From positions 34,472,001 through 34,536,000 of the forward strand of contig NC_092347.1 in assembly GCF_963676685.1 (NCBI RefSeq): 64,000 nucleotides of DNA, written 5' to 3'. The notes under the pieces are model-generated. The model was not told the DNA's origin. It worked only from the letters and a program-made list of their open reading frames with translations, and made no database searches. Source of the DNA: Mytilus edulis. Taxonomy: Eukaryota. Shown one piece after another: positions 25,414-38,200 of this stretch. Position 1 is the first letter of the stretch, and each line of letters starts with the position of its first letter. A program made the position numbers and the translations under genes.

Positions 25414-26282
25414 ATTTAAAGACAGATTAAGAATTCATTTATCTTTTAAACGTATTTTTGTGTTTTTCTTGAACTATATAAAGCATCTTTGTAAACAAAC
25501 GTTATTTTAAAAAATCCATTATAATCAAATAATTGTCAAAAATTCAATGAGTCAAAGTGGTAAGGGTGCATAAACGGCTAAATGGTACCAAGAAACATAT
25601 CATTTGCGTTAGTAAAATTTGATAAATCTTCATTAATCAAGTTTTATTAAAAATATACTTCAAATATTTCAAAAACTTCTCCAAATAAATTACGACCCTG
25701 AATTCTTCAGAAAATTATATAAGCACACAAAATTGACAATCTTGTTTTGGACTGATCAAATCAAATTACAAGTTGCCGCGGATTGGTTTATTATCTTAGA
25801 CACGCGCCTCGGTCAATCACTTCTGACACTTAGTTTATCACCTAGCTAATCCAATTATCTAATTAGATATACAATCGTCCGTATCTGTAGTGGAATTGAT
25901 TATCTATTTGCTCCAACTTTATTATTATAATATTTTGAAGCAAAACAATACACTAATTTCTTTTTTCAAATCAATCGTTTCTCGATCATTAAGCATTTAA
26001 TAGATGTTTTGTACTTTACTCGAATCTTGTGCTATCCTTTATTTTCTTTTTTCTCAACATTAATAAAACCAAGGATTTGTATAGTTACTATACAAATCCT
26101 TGATGAAACATTGAGAAATAATGTATGAACCAATACGACCATGGCCGAACTGGTGTATGGCCGAAACGTCTCGAAAGCCCCTAATACAAAGACACCATAG
26201 CTGTTTTATAGAACACACCAACTTTAGTATGCATCAAACGCGTCATTGAATCAGAATAGTGACAGGTCAAAATACAGACATT

Positions 26283-29200
26283 ATGGCGGACGAACGAATG
26301 GATGAGTCTCGTAAAACCATGAAAATCACGGTTAAAACACCAAAAGAAAAGCAGGAAATGGAAATAGATACTAATGCTCATGTTAAGGAGGTAAATCTAT
26401 CGCTAGGAAGTTATAGAATATCCCTGAAACCTCTCTACAATCCATACATAAGATTACTTCTCTCACTGCATATGTCAATAATTCGTTATCTAGAATGTTC
26501 TATTAACAGATTAAATCTACTCAATTGCTTACATCAGCTTATCACTTTTACTAGACATTTGCATTGCTCAGCTCCCTATATATTAATCATACTTGGGAGA
26601 GACTTCTAAAACGAATCACACCCTAAACCCAGGGTTGGAAGCTGAAGCAGTGAGGGGTCAATATACAAACTGTACAACCCTTTTAATTTTGTATAAATAA
26701 AATCATTACCTACTTACATACCTGTCAACTCACCCGTTTTTTGCGGGTGACACCCGTTATTTTCACCTCTCACCCGGGAGTTTTTCTTTACCCGGCGGGT
26801 CCCGGGAATTTCTAACATTACCCGTTTCACCCGGATTTCTGACCGGAATTGTTTCCGGTATTTAGAAGTAATGCGACCTTCGGTTTTATCGGTCTTTTTC
26901 AATGTAACCAAAAGTCAAAATGTAGGAATGTTTACCTGAGCTGTGAAATAGCTTCAGGTTATTCCTGTGGAAAAACTAAAACCACCCAAATAGTAAAGAG
27001 GGCCCTTTCAGTTGAAAATAACAAAGTGGTAGTTGAAAACAAGCCAAGATTTTTTGTTTTGTCAAAACTTGCTAAAACATTACTGGTTTTGCCAAACAGC
27101 AATGCAGACAGTGAGAGGGCATTTTCTTTAGTAAAGAAAATAGCTACAGAGTGTAGGGCTGATCTTAATAAGGATACACTGTGTGCTCTTCTTTCTTGTA
27201 AAATGAATACACATTTGCATTGCTATGAACTGAAACCAAGTGCAGTTCTTTTAAAGAATGCCAAGTCTGCTACTATGGAATATAACAATAGTATGAAATA
27301 AACTTGTATACATGTTCTAACTGTTTCATATACATATTGACTATATAAATTATATGTAAACATATTTTTGTTCTTCAATTGAGCCCGCAAAATGTCGTAC
27401 GCGTTATGACCTGAGATTTTTTTTCTCAATGCAGGTCATGACCTGACTTTTCATTTTCAGAGGTTGACAGGTATGTACTTATCTTAATAGGTCATTTCTG
27501 GAATCATGTCTTTCACCGGAAAATAACGTCAATTTTGCACGCTTTTATGACATCATTTACCAGATAAAAGGCGCGCCTGTATCCCTGCTCTACAATGTAT
27601 TTAAAGTTTCCAGCACTTTCATAATCGTTATTCTGTAGGGTAGTATAGAAATAATTAATGTTCCGTAAGTACATAATCGTGATTGCCGTATGACTGAGGG
27701 AGGGTGACCTGACCATCCATTTAGATTTTAATTTCCCTAATATTTTGTGCAGTATAAAAGAAAATATTTTCACCTGTTTGCTCAACATATGTTGGAAATT
27801 TCTATGCATACATTTTTGTCACGTGGTGATGGAAGTCACATGACAGATTCGTCAAAATCTTCAAATGTTTCAGAGTTATTATGCACTAAACCAAGAGTTG
27901 TAATTAAATTAAAAGTATGTTGAGGTCACATGTATTGCTTTGAGACTTTACGGTCATTAATCATTTCGTCCACATGTTGTTTCAGTTACAAATGTATATA
28001 CCAGTGAGGCCTTGGTTGTTAGTGTTTGTTAGTGTCCCATTTGTGGTTGTGTCACCTTTACAACAGCATACATTTTGTACAGTTGGCGAGTACTACCATG
28101 TAGTCATTTTGGTCTCTTGTAGGGAGTTGTCTTGTTGGCAATCATACAACATCTTAATTTTATATATCTAAACTACATGATTTTGACCACTTGTCCCAAT
28201 AGGCCAGTTCCGGGAAACTGTTTTCAGATGAATCTGTCATGTGACTTCCATCACCACGTGACAAAAATGTATGCATAGAAATTTCCAACACATGTTGAGC
28301 AAACGGGTGAAAAAGTTTTATTTTATACTGCACATAATATTTGGGAAATTTAAATCTAAAAGGATGGTCACCCTCCCTCAGTCATACGGCAATCTCGATT
28401 ATGATTTTACCAGTCAGGGGACTTACTTAAATGAGTGATTTTCTAAATCACTGATTCAAGTAACATTATTTCCATAAAGGTTGAAAGAAAGAGTTGTCTT
28501 TCTTTAATAATCACCTATTTAAGTAGTACAAAATAATCACTAGAAGAAGTGATTTAATTTTACTGTAGCTTTAAATATAGAACACTAATGATCCAGGGAC
28601 TAATTATGTTTCTAAACTTATCAGAACCAACATCTGTGTTGTCTAGGATGACCAGGTCATTTCAGGTGATGACCTTGTACTGAATCTAGGATAATGACAT
28701 AAAAATCACTTGTTTAAGTATCATACTTCAATTTCCTTCCCAAAAATCACTTCTTTAAGTATCATATTTTAATAACCCCCACTAATTTCAACACCCCCGA
28801 ACAGTGAAATTTTTATCGCGAACAGTAGAATTTTATTATATAATCTGAAAGATAAAACCTTGAACTTTACAGGAAAAATACTCCCACTGCTGGGAAAAAT
28901 CTGTGAAGAAAGTATCAGTTCATTATGTACATGTAAAGCCATTATTATAGCATTTTTTCAACTAAAATAGAATTTGCAGCTAAATGATAGCATCAAAGGC
29001 ATAAACCTTGATACTTAAAAGAATCAAACAATTCATTTTTTTCAATTTTACTAATGAAAAGATATTTTTTAAACCTATGTGTTTAAAATTTTGGTAAAAC
29101 TACAAAATCACAATTTGTGACAAAACTTCGAATTTGCTACTCAAATAAGTGATTTAAAAATCACTTATTTCAGTAAGTCCCCTAACTGTTTACGGAACAT

Positions 29201-32200
29201 TAATTATTTCTATACTACCCTACAGAATGACGATTATGAAAGTGCTGGAAACTTTTAATAGAGCAGGGATACAGGCGCGCCTTCTTTCTGGTAAATGACA
29301 TCATAAAGGCGTGCGAAATTGACAATCTTTTCTAGTGAAAGACATGATTCCAGAAATGACCTATTGCAATACTTTGATCGTATTAACTTTTTTAAATACA
29401 TGCAAAGTTAGTTGGTTCCTGATTTTGAATTTTTCCAAAGGGAGACATAGGTGATCAGCAATAATTAGATAATCAAATGTGGTATTTCATGATGGAGTTT
29501 TCATCTCCTGTCAGATTAATCATGTTAATGGGGAGTTTTAAACAAACAATGAATCAAACTTGTTTGGTACATGTATCATTTTAAGTTTAAAAATTTATTC
29601 CTCTGTATACATGGTATATACATACATGCATGTATGTCAGAATTAAGAAAATCTTGATCATGGGATACATATGATCATTTTACAAAGGTTCTTACACTAA
29701 CTTAAAATAAAAGTCAGCTGATTGACAATTAGGGATATCAAATGCCTATTGCAAAATTAGCACTAGAGACCCCAAAGTTAACCAAGCTGACCTGAATGAA
29801 GTTTGAAAGCATACCAGCATTTAAGAAGCCCTCAAGAGCTCTACTACGTTTAACTTTGTTTTACCAGATGATTAGCAGCTCCTTCAGTCAAGCAATCATT
29901 TAAAGAAATATAAAGTACATGACATTTTCATTGCTTTTAAGTTAAATCAGACAATTACAAAATGTAAGATATGAATACAATTCAATGAAGTGTGCAGTTT
30001 GAATTGCAGTGTGACCACAAACACATTAAATAGTAGCTTACAGGGACATTACACTTATTGCAACATATCCTTACAGTTTTGTCATTCTTGTTATTTAATA
30101 ATCAAGTTGATTAAAGTTTTGTCTTCAATTTTTCCTGATTGAAAGGTATGGTACTTCTATATAAAAAATAAACTGTTAAACAAAATTTATGTGACTACTT
30201 TATTGGCAAATGGCAAGTATTATTTAGACTAGTCTCTAAGTGTAGAGCTACTTTACTTGCACCTGGTAACATATCTTTTATTTCTGTTTTTCACAGTTGA
30301 GAGAAATGGTGTCACAGAAATTCAATGCTCCAGTTGAACAGCTTTGTTTAATATTTGCTGGAAAAATACTGAAAGATGAAGACACTCTAGAACAGCATCA
30401 AATAAAAGATGGTTTGACAGTTCATCTTGTGATCAAATCATCAAACAGGGTAAGCATGTGTAGTTACCCGCCTGTCACATGACAGTTCATCTTGTGATCA
30501 AATCATCAAACAGGGTAAGCATGTGTAGTTACCCACCAATCACATGACAGTTCATCTTGTGATCAAATCATCAAACAGGGTAAGCATGTGTAGTTACCCG
30601 CCTGTCACATGACAGTTCATCTAATTCATCTACTTCAAGTTAATTTGAAAATCGTGAAATTAAATTGCAGCAAAAAAGGGATAGGAAGGACTTAACACAA
30701 AATAAAGTATCTGTGAAAATAAGTTGTTTTTCAGTAAATTAAACTCTGTAATCAACAAAAACCTATTTCCTTATATATTTGTCATAATGAAATATATTTA
30801 TAGATTTAACATGTATATATTTGGATAATTTGAAAGTTGAAATGGATTTATTTTTGTAGTCGCAAGAACAAGCTGCACAGAGAGCTGCCCCTATTCCCAG
30901 TCCATCACCTGGAGGAGGATCAATACCTACTTCTACACCTGGGGTAAGTTTTGGGGAATGTTTAGTCACGCTAGACAACAAATAAAAGGGTAAAAAACAC
31001 TAAGCATATATAAAAATGAAATGAACAATGAACCCAAGACACAATCTACAGAACATTTATTATGAAAAAAAACTTAAGACTTAAAACTACTTACCAGTCG
31101 AATATTAAAATGTTTCTTTACAAATCTCAATTATTTACATACATGTATATGAAGGAAAAAAAGATATTCTAAAAATAAAAATGAAAAAAGTTTTATTATT
31201 TGATTTTTTTAGCTGATGTTTTATTACTGTGTTGCATATAGTAATATTTACTGTTTTCATAAACATATTTTGTTAAATAAATAAATAAATAAATAATGAT
31301 ATTTTCGATTTGTATCATTATGAACATGTATCTTAATTGTCACTTAATTAATTATTTTACAAAATTGACATTTGTTTCATCTTACAGTCACAGCCTGACG
31401 TAGGACAGACACCATTTGGACTTGGTGGCCTTGGAGGTTTAGCAGGCCTTGGTAACTTGGGGATGGGATCAGCTAATTTTATGGAGATGCAACAAAGAAT
31501 GCAAAGAGAGGTGAGAAATTTACCATTCTTTATTTCTGAGAAAGATGTTTATTTTTGATAGGTATTTATTAGACAAAATATCAGAAAATATTGCAAAAAA
31601 ATAAAAGAAAAAGATCTAATGTTGTTTGAATATTTTGAAAATGTTATTTGTCATCCAAATGTTGATGATGAAAATAAAGAGATGTGGAATAATTGCCAAA
31701 GAGATATATATCTGTTAGAGACAAAGGGACAGAGTTGTGAATAATAACATACCACTGAAAGGCTTTTAACAATCTGACAGCTAAACCAACAGCTTATAGT
31801 AAGCTATTAACTGTCTGGTGATGACAAATTATTAAACTATTCAAAAGAGAAAACCAACAGCCTTTTTTTCATTTCATGGTACACAGCAACCAACAACAAC
31901 CACTAGATTGTAGACAACAGGCTTCTTACTTTGGTTTTAGGTTTTGTTTTTGCTTTTAAGTTTTTTGATTGAGGAAAAGATTTACACTGAATGAGGTATT
32001 TTTGTCTTAAGTAAATGCAATAATTGTCGATATGTTCTAACAATCTTATGAGTTATGTTTTGGAAGGAATACAACCTCTTTGGTATACCTTCAGTTAAAA
32101 CCCACTAATGGCCATTTGATAGTGTGAATATTGTTATTGATTTGTAGATGATGGGTAACCCAGATATGATGCGGCAGATGATGGATAATCCAATGGTCCA

Positions 32201-35200
32201 AAACTTGATGTCCAACCCTGATGTGATGAGACAAATGATTACTAGCAATCCACAGATGAGAGAACTAATGGAGGTAAATGAGCACATAGTGTTCTCCCTA
32301 GAAACTTTCATATAGCATCCTGGTTAAAAGGGAACTATTAATTAATTATAGCATCACACCCATAACTCAAGCTATGAAGAAAATCATTTTAGATAGCTGC
32401 ATATCCTAGCAATGTCGTATCACATTACTAAGATGCTTAAAGGCCATGAGCAGAACTTGGGAACAATTGTCAACAGTTTGAAAGTTATTTGTTTATTTTA
32501 TGGGTTGGAATATTGATTGAAATTTAATTACCTCTTTATTATATATATGTGAGAAACAACAGCAAGATATTATTACAGATCTATGACCTGTTAAAAAAAC
32601 CCAGATGGTCTTGTTTTCTTCAATCAAGCTTGCCCGTCCTGAACATGCATGAAATATTTGCCACTGGACGTTAAGCAACCAACAATCAATCAATCAAGTT
32701 AGCATCCATTTTGGAAAAAAACCCAACATGATTTGATATTTCTTTATGGCCTTATAAAAGTCTTCTGCTATTTCCATCATATCAGTTTGTTTACAAATAT
32801 AATTTATATTTCAGAGAAATCCAGAGATAACACACATGCTGAACAACCCAGAACTTATGAGACAGGTAAACATTTTACCTTAAAGGTTACCCCCTCCCCC
32901 TGTGCCCATTCTCACTTTGTGAAGGAAATTGGAAATTCAACTGTCAAGAGTTGAAGGGAAATAATTTAACAAAATTCATTAAACAAGACTGCAGAAAAAA
33001 GTTAAGAAAAATACTTGCAGTAATCTTGAATACTTATTGTGAATTTTATATTATTTACTGTTATGTCATATTGTCTAGATAGTAAAAAAGATGAGGTTTG
33101 TGTACAAATAAAACTGGTTTTTTTTCTTTTTTTAAATTAGATATAGTTTTCAGACAGTAGCTTGATGAAAACTTTAGTTTGCAAAGATGTTAATCATTAC
33201 CCTGTCATTTGGAACATCTAGGCCTTATTCTGGTAGACCTCTAATTTGTTTGATTCATTATTGTTTTGACAATGGGACTAACCTGACAAAGTTTGATCTG
33301 TTTCATTTACTACATTGTAGACCATGGAACTAGCAAGAAACCCAGCCATGATGCAGGAATTGATGAGATCGCAAGATAGAGCTATGAGTAATTTAGAAGT
33401 GAGTAAATTATTAAAAGTTTCTTTAGAGTTTAGCTAGATGTAAGAAGATGTGGTATGAGTGACAATGAGACAACTTTCCATCCAAGTCACAATTTTTAAA
33501 AATACTTGGCTCACATTGAACAGCAAGCTATAAAGGGCCCCAAAATGACCAGTGTAAAACCATTCAAACTGGAAAACCAACAGTCTAATCTATATGAGAA
33601 ATGAGAAACATTTATGAACCACTTCAACAAACGACAACTACTGAAGCTAGTTTGTTTAATGCATTTCAAATAATGAACCTATATACAAGAGTTAATTAAA
33701 AAAAAAATTGTTGTTATTTTTCAGAGTTTGCCAGGTGGATTTAATGCCTTACAAAGAATGTACAGAGATATACAAGAACCAATGTTAAATGCAGCTCAGG
33801 AGGGAATGGGACAAAATCCATTCTCCGCTTTAATGGGTAATATTATTATGTTAATAATGTTGACAATATATTGTTGGCATCAGGTCGGTCAAAATGTTTT
33901 CACTCATCTTTGTCAATATAATGGAATTTTATGCTACTATCATACATGTGAGAGGTTTAGCTAGCTATAAAACCAGGTTTCATCAACCCCTTTCTGGACT
34001 TTCTGTTTTGATATTTCCTCAAAGTTCGGTATTTTTGTTATTTTACTTTTTATATGACCGCAAAATTTTTTGCGATTATATATTAATAACTTTAGTATAA
34101 GTAAATAGAAATCAATAAAAAAATTTAACACAATGTTTTTAACCACAAAAGAAAGGTTGGGATTGATTTTACGGGTTATGGTCCCATTAGTTTAGGAATT
34201 AGGGGCCCAAAACATACATTTATCTAGTTTCAGGACAATAAGTTGTGTATAAGTATTTCAATTACTCTGAAATTGTACCAAAATGTACATACCATTAAGT
34301 AGAAGGTTGGGATTTATTTTAAGGGCTATGGGGCAAACAGTCTAGGAATTAAGGGCCAAAAAGGGGCCAAAAAGAAGCATTTTTCTAGTTTTCAGACAAT
34401 AACTTTAGGGCTATTCCAGAAAAAAATGTAGGGGGGGGGGGGGTGGTGGTTGGAAGGCAGTTTTTGTCAGCATCCGCCACCCAGACAATTGTAATTGAGA
34501 ATTAAAGTGCATTATAGTGTGAAAAGTTGCTCTGATACCCATCACCCATGTATTATTAATACAATGTGCCTTCCAACCCCCCATACATTTTTTTCTGGAA
34601 TAGCCCTTAGCCTAAAATGACAAATTCGCAATAACAAATGCTCTAAATAATTCTTGAATTTACAGAACATGCTTGTTAGATTGAAAAATTGACCAAAAGA
34701 ATGTTTAAAAAAAATTATACAAGGAAAAAGAAAAAGAGAATTACTTTATGACTTAAGCTTACTGGTATTTCTATTTCATAAAGGACAAATTACTTTAAGA
34801 CTGTAACCGACTTGTATTTTTATTTCATAAAGGAGCTTTCTTTATGACTTTAGCATCTTGTATTTCTATTTCACACAGGAGGCGGAACAGAGAGTGAACA
34901 ACAGGGTAGAGAAAATACAGACCCATTGCCAAACCCCTGGGCTCCAGGATCAACTCAGTCACCTAGCACCCCCTCCACAACATCAACCCCAGCCACATCT
35001 TCTGGGACATCATCAACACCTAGACAGCCAACAGGTTTGTATATAATATAGATAGAATAATGATCATGTGGATCTTTAATCAGAATACAGTTGTATTTTT
35101 ACAAAATTCAGATGACTTATTAAGAGACACATCATTGTCCTAATACTGATAGAAAAATGTTAGGTATTTCAGGTCTTATCATGTATTTCAAATACATGTG

Positions 35201-38200
35201 ACTATATTTTATTACAATTATTACATTTACTTCAATTAGATCATTGTCTTTTTTTTAGGAATGTTTGATAGCCCTGGAATGCAGAGTTTAATGTCCCAGA
35301 TTACACAAAACCCACAATTAATGGAAAATATGTTACAAGCTCCGTACATGCAGGCCATGTTGCAGAATTTATCGTCAAATCCAGAAATGGCACAAAATGT
35401 AAGTATGAAGAAACAGGAAAGGTTTATTGGTAAACACCTGTTTTATATAATAGATGGGAAATAATTTCCCTTGGGTTGTTATTGCTGTTTGCAAAACCTG
35501 ACAGAATTGAATATTGTTGATTGAAATTGAATAGTTAAAAAGGTCTGCTAAATTTCAAATATTTTGTAATATAAGAAAGCCACAATTCTAAATAATAGTT
35601 AATTAAAAAAGCTTTGTTTTACCATAGAGGAGGAGCCATTAAGTTTTACCCTTGTCTGTGTATTTCCATTCAGTCTTTTAAATATTGTAAAATCAGATTT
35701 TCAAAACAATGACGAAAAGAAAATTTGAAATTATCCCTGAAAGCTAATTAATTTTATGTATCTTGTAGATGTTGTCTGCTAATCCAATGTTTGCTGGTAA
35801 CCCCCAGTTACAGGAACAAATGAGAACACAGCTACCTAACATGGTACAACAGGTAGGTACAGCCTTTTTCAGGTGTATTAGGGATGGAACAATTGTTTAT
35901 GGTAAGAAGTTAGTCAATTAATTGTGGGAATGCTCATTTGATAGGGTAAAAGGATCAATTGATTATAAAGCTTGGATATTTAAGTAAACGTGAGAGGTTT
36001 TAGATACCAGCAATGCAACACTATAAGACAATTTTTTTTACAATTAGTGTCTTTATCATATATTAAGCTTCAAATCACATAAAGTCTAAGGCAGTTCTGG
36101 AAATCTAAAGTCAAATCTAAATCATGTTGGTATAGTCACTCCAGTGTTAAAAAGAAAGAAGTTTAAACCCACATAACACCAAAATAACTGTGATTTCATT
36201 AGAATTGGTTGTAAGTTCTATCATAATTGATAGTTCAGTCCCAAATGACTTGTGCTTATAATTAAGTAATGATGTTTTGAAAGGTTTCATTAAAAAATCA
36301 TTTTGTTGTTTATTTGCAAACCTAGCAAATTATTTGTAATTGACTATGAACAAGTTGGCATTACATCAAACAAACTAATCAATTGTTTGGAAAATGGCTC
36401 AACTGATATTCTAGTAATGGTAACTTGATTAAAATTGAAAATGGAATGTATTTTTAATTATTCTATCATAACTATTTTCCTTTTAGATGCAAAATCCAAA
36501 TGTACAAAGTTTTTTGACCAACCCCAGAGCAATGCAGGCCATGATGAGAATTCAGGAAGGCATGCAAGAACTTGAACAAGAAGCTCCAGGATTGTTTCCA
36601 GGGTGAGATTTATTTTGTCTTATGATGGGTTGGAACAAAGACAAACAATTGTACAGTAATCTATCTTTGGTATATATCACCTATTTGCATGGGAATAGGG
36701 TTTAATGAAATAATAGACTTTGGTGGTGTTAGTCGGTTGATTTAACAATAAAACTGAATTGATTTCGAGCTTTTCTTGGTAAGAAATGTCTTTAAATTAA
36801 GCAATAGTACCTTCACCTGAAAAATTGTGTAGTTTGCAAAGTAATAAAATGAATATAACATAGATTGTCACTGAGAAACACAAATATTTGGAGACTTGGT
36901 TTGAGAGCATTAAACAACTTCCTTTTTATAAATGAACAAACCGCAATAAAAATGAAATTAAATAAATAAGTACAGTGAGTTCACACAATACAACTTGATG
37001 AGGCATTTTGTTTCATAAATATGTTTTTTTTTTTTTCTCATTGAAGTCATAAGTCATTGTATTCCCAATTATACTATAATTTAAAACTTATAGGATGAAT
37101 CCATTGTTAACAAGACCTGGACAAACAACAACAGATACACCTACCACAGGATCAACATCCACCTCCGTGACGAGTTCAACATCACCCTCAACAGATAGTA
37201 CCTCAACCACCACAACAGCGGATACTACAACATCAACAACTACCACCACATCTACACCAGCACCAGTACCAGGACAAGCTCCAGAACAGATGTCAAATTT
37301 AATGGCTCATATGATGAGTTTAATGGCCCAAGGAACTAATGTAAGTACCCGTTGTCACAAAATAAAAGTTCCTTCATAATACAACTTTCAAGTGGAAGAA
37401 ATATTCTTGTTATATTATTTCCATTTGAACAAATACTACAGTAGAGGGAAAAAGTTTAAGAGTATGAGCACAGGATTGAAAACAATTGTTAGAAAAAATT
37501 TCCTTAAATTGAGATGGTGATACAGATCATGAATACAGATTCAGATTCAGATTCAATAGTTAATTAAAGTTTCACCACATACAACATGATTAAAACAAGA
37601 TACAATTATAAAATTAATTATACAGTAAACATAGTTAAAACAATTAAATACATGTATGTGCCATTCTTAAAAGAATTATGAGAGACTATTAAAATACAAA
37701 TAATACTTATTCATTTTATAAAATACTACAAATACAATAGTTAATGATATAAAATACTGTTTCTCCTTGTTAAAATGTTATTGCAGTTTTTGGCAACAAT
37801 ACTACAAATATTGGTACATATAAAATAAATGAGGTGTGATGTGATTGCCAGGGTGACAACTATTTAAATAAGTCCAAATGACATGGATGTAAGAAACAAA
37901 AGGTCACCTCGGCCTCCAATTATGATCAATACACATACTGTTTAGTCAACCTTAAAAGTTCACAACGAGACAAACTGTGAAAAAATTCAAGCAAGAAAAC
38001 CCTCAGCCAGATTCCTAATAAAAAAGAAAATCAGATAAGACCTACAGAAATCAACGACAACCACTGATTGCAGGCTGCTGACTTAAGACAGGCACATGTT
38101 TAAATAATTTATTTGCTTTTCTTGTCCAACGCCATTGTTCATGTCTTATTCATCTCTAACATTTATAAAGATAAATTATGATAGATCAGGAATGCAGTTT

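Noticed and set aside
26140-26180. GGCCGAAACGTC motifs (also reversed at ~23070) as a second hammerhead
   Set aside because: No correctly placed CUGANGA core; more likely MITE subterminal repeats.
26259-26609. 116-aa ORF as an independent gene
   Set aside because: It is ubiquilin exon 1 reading through the donor at 26391; the likely start is ATG 26283.
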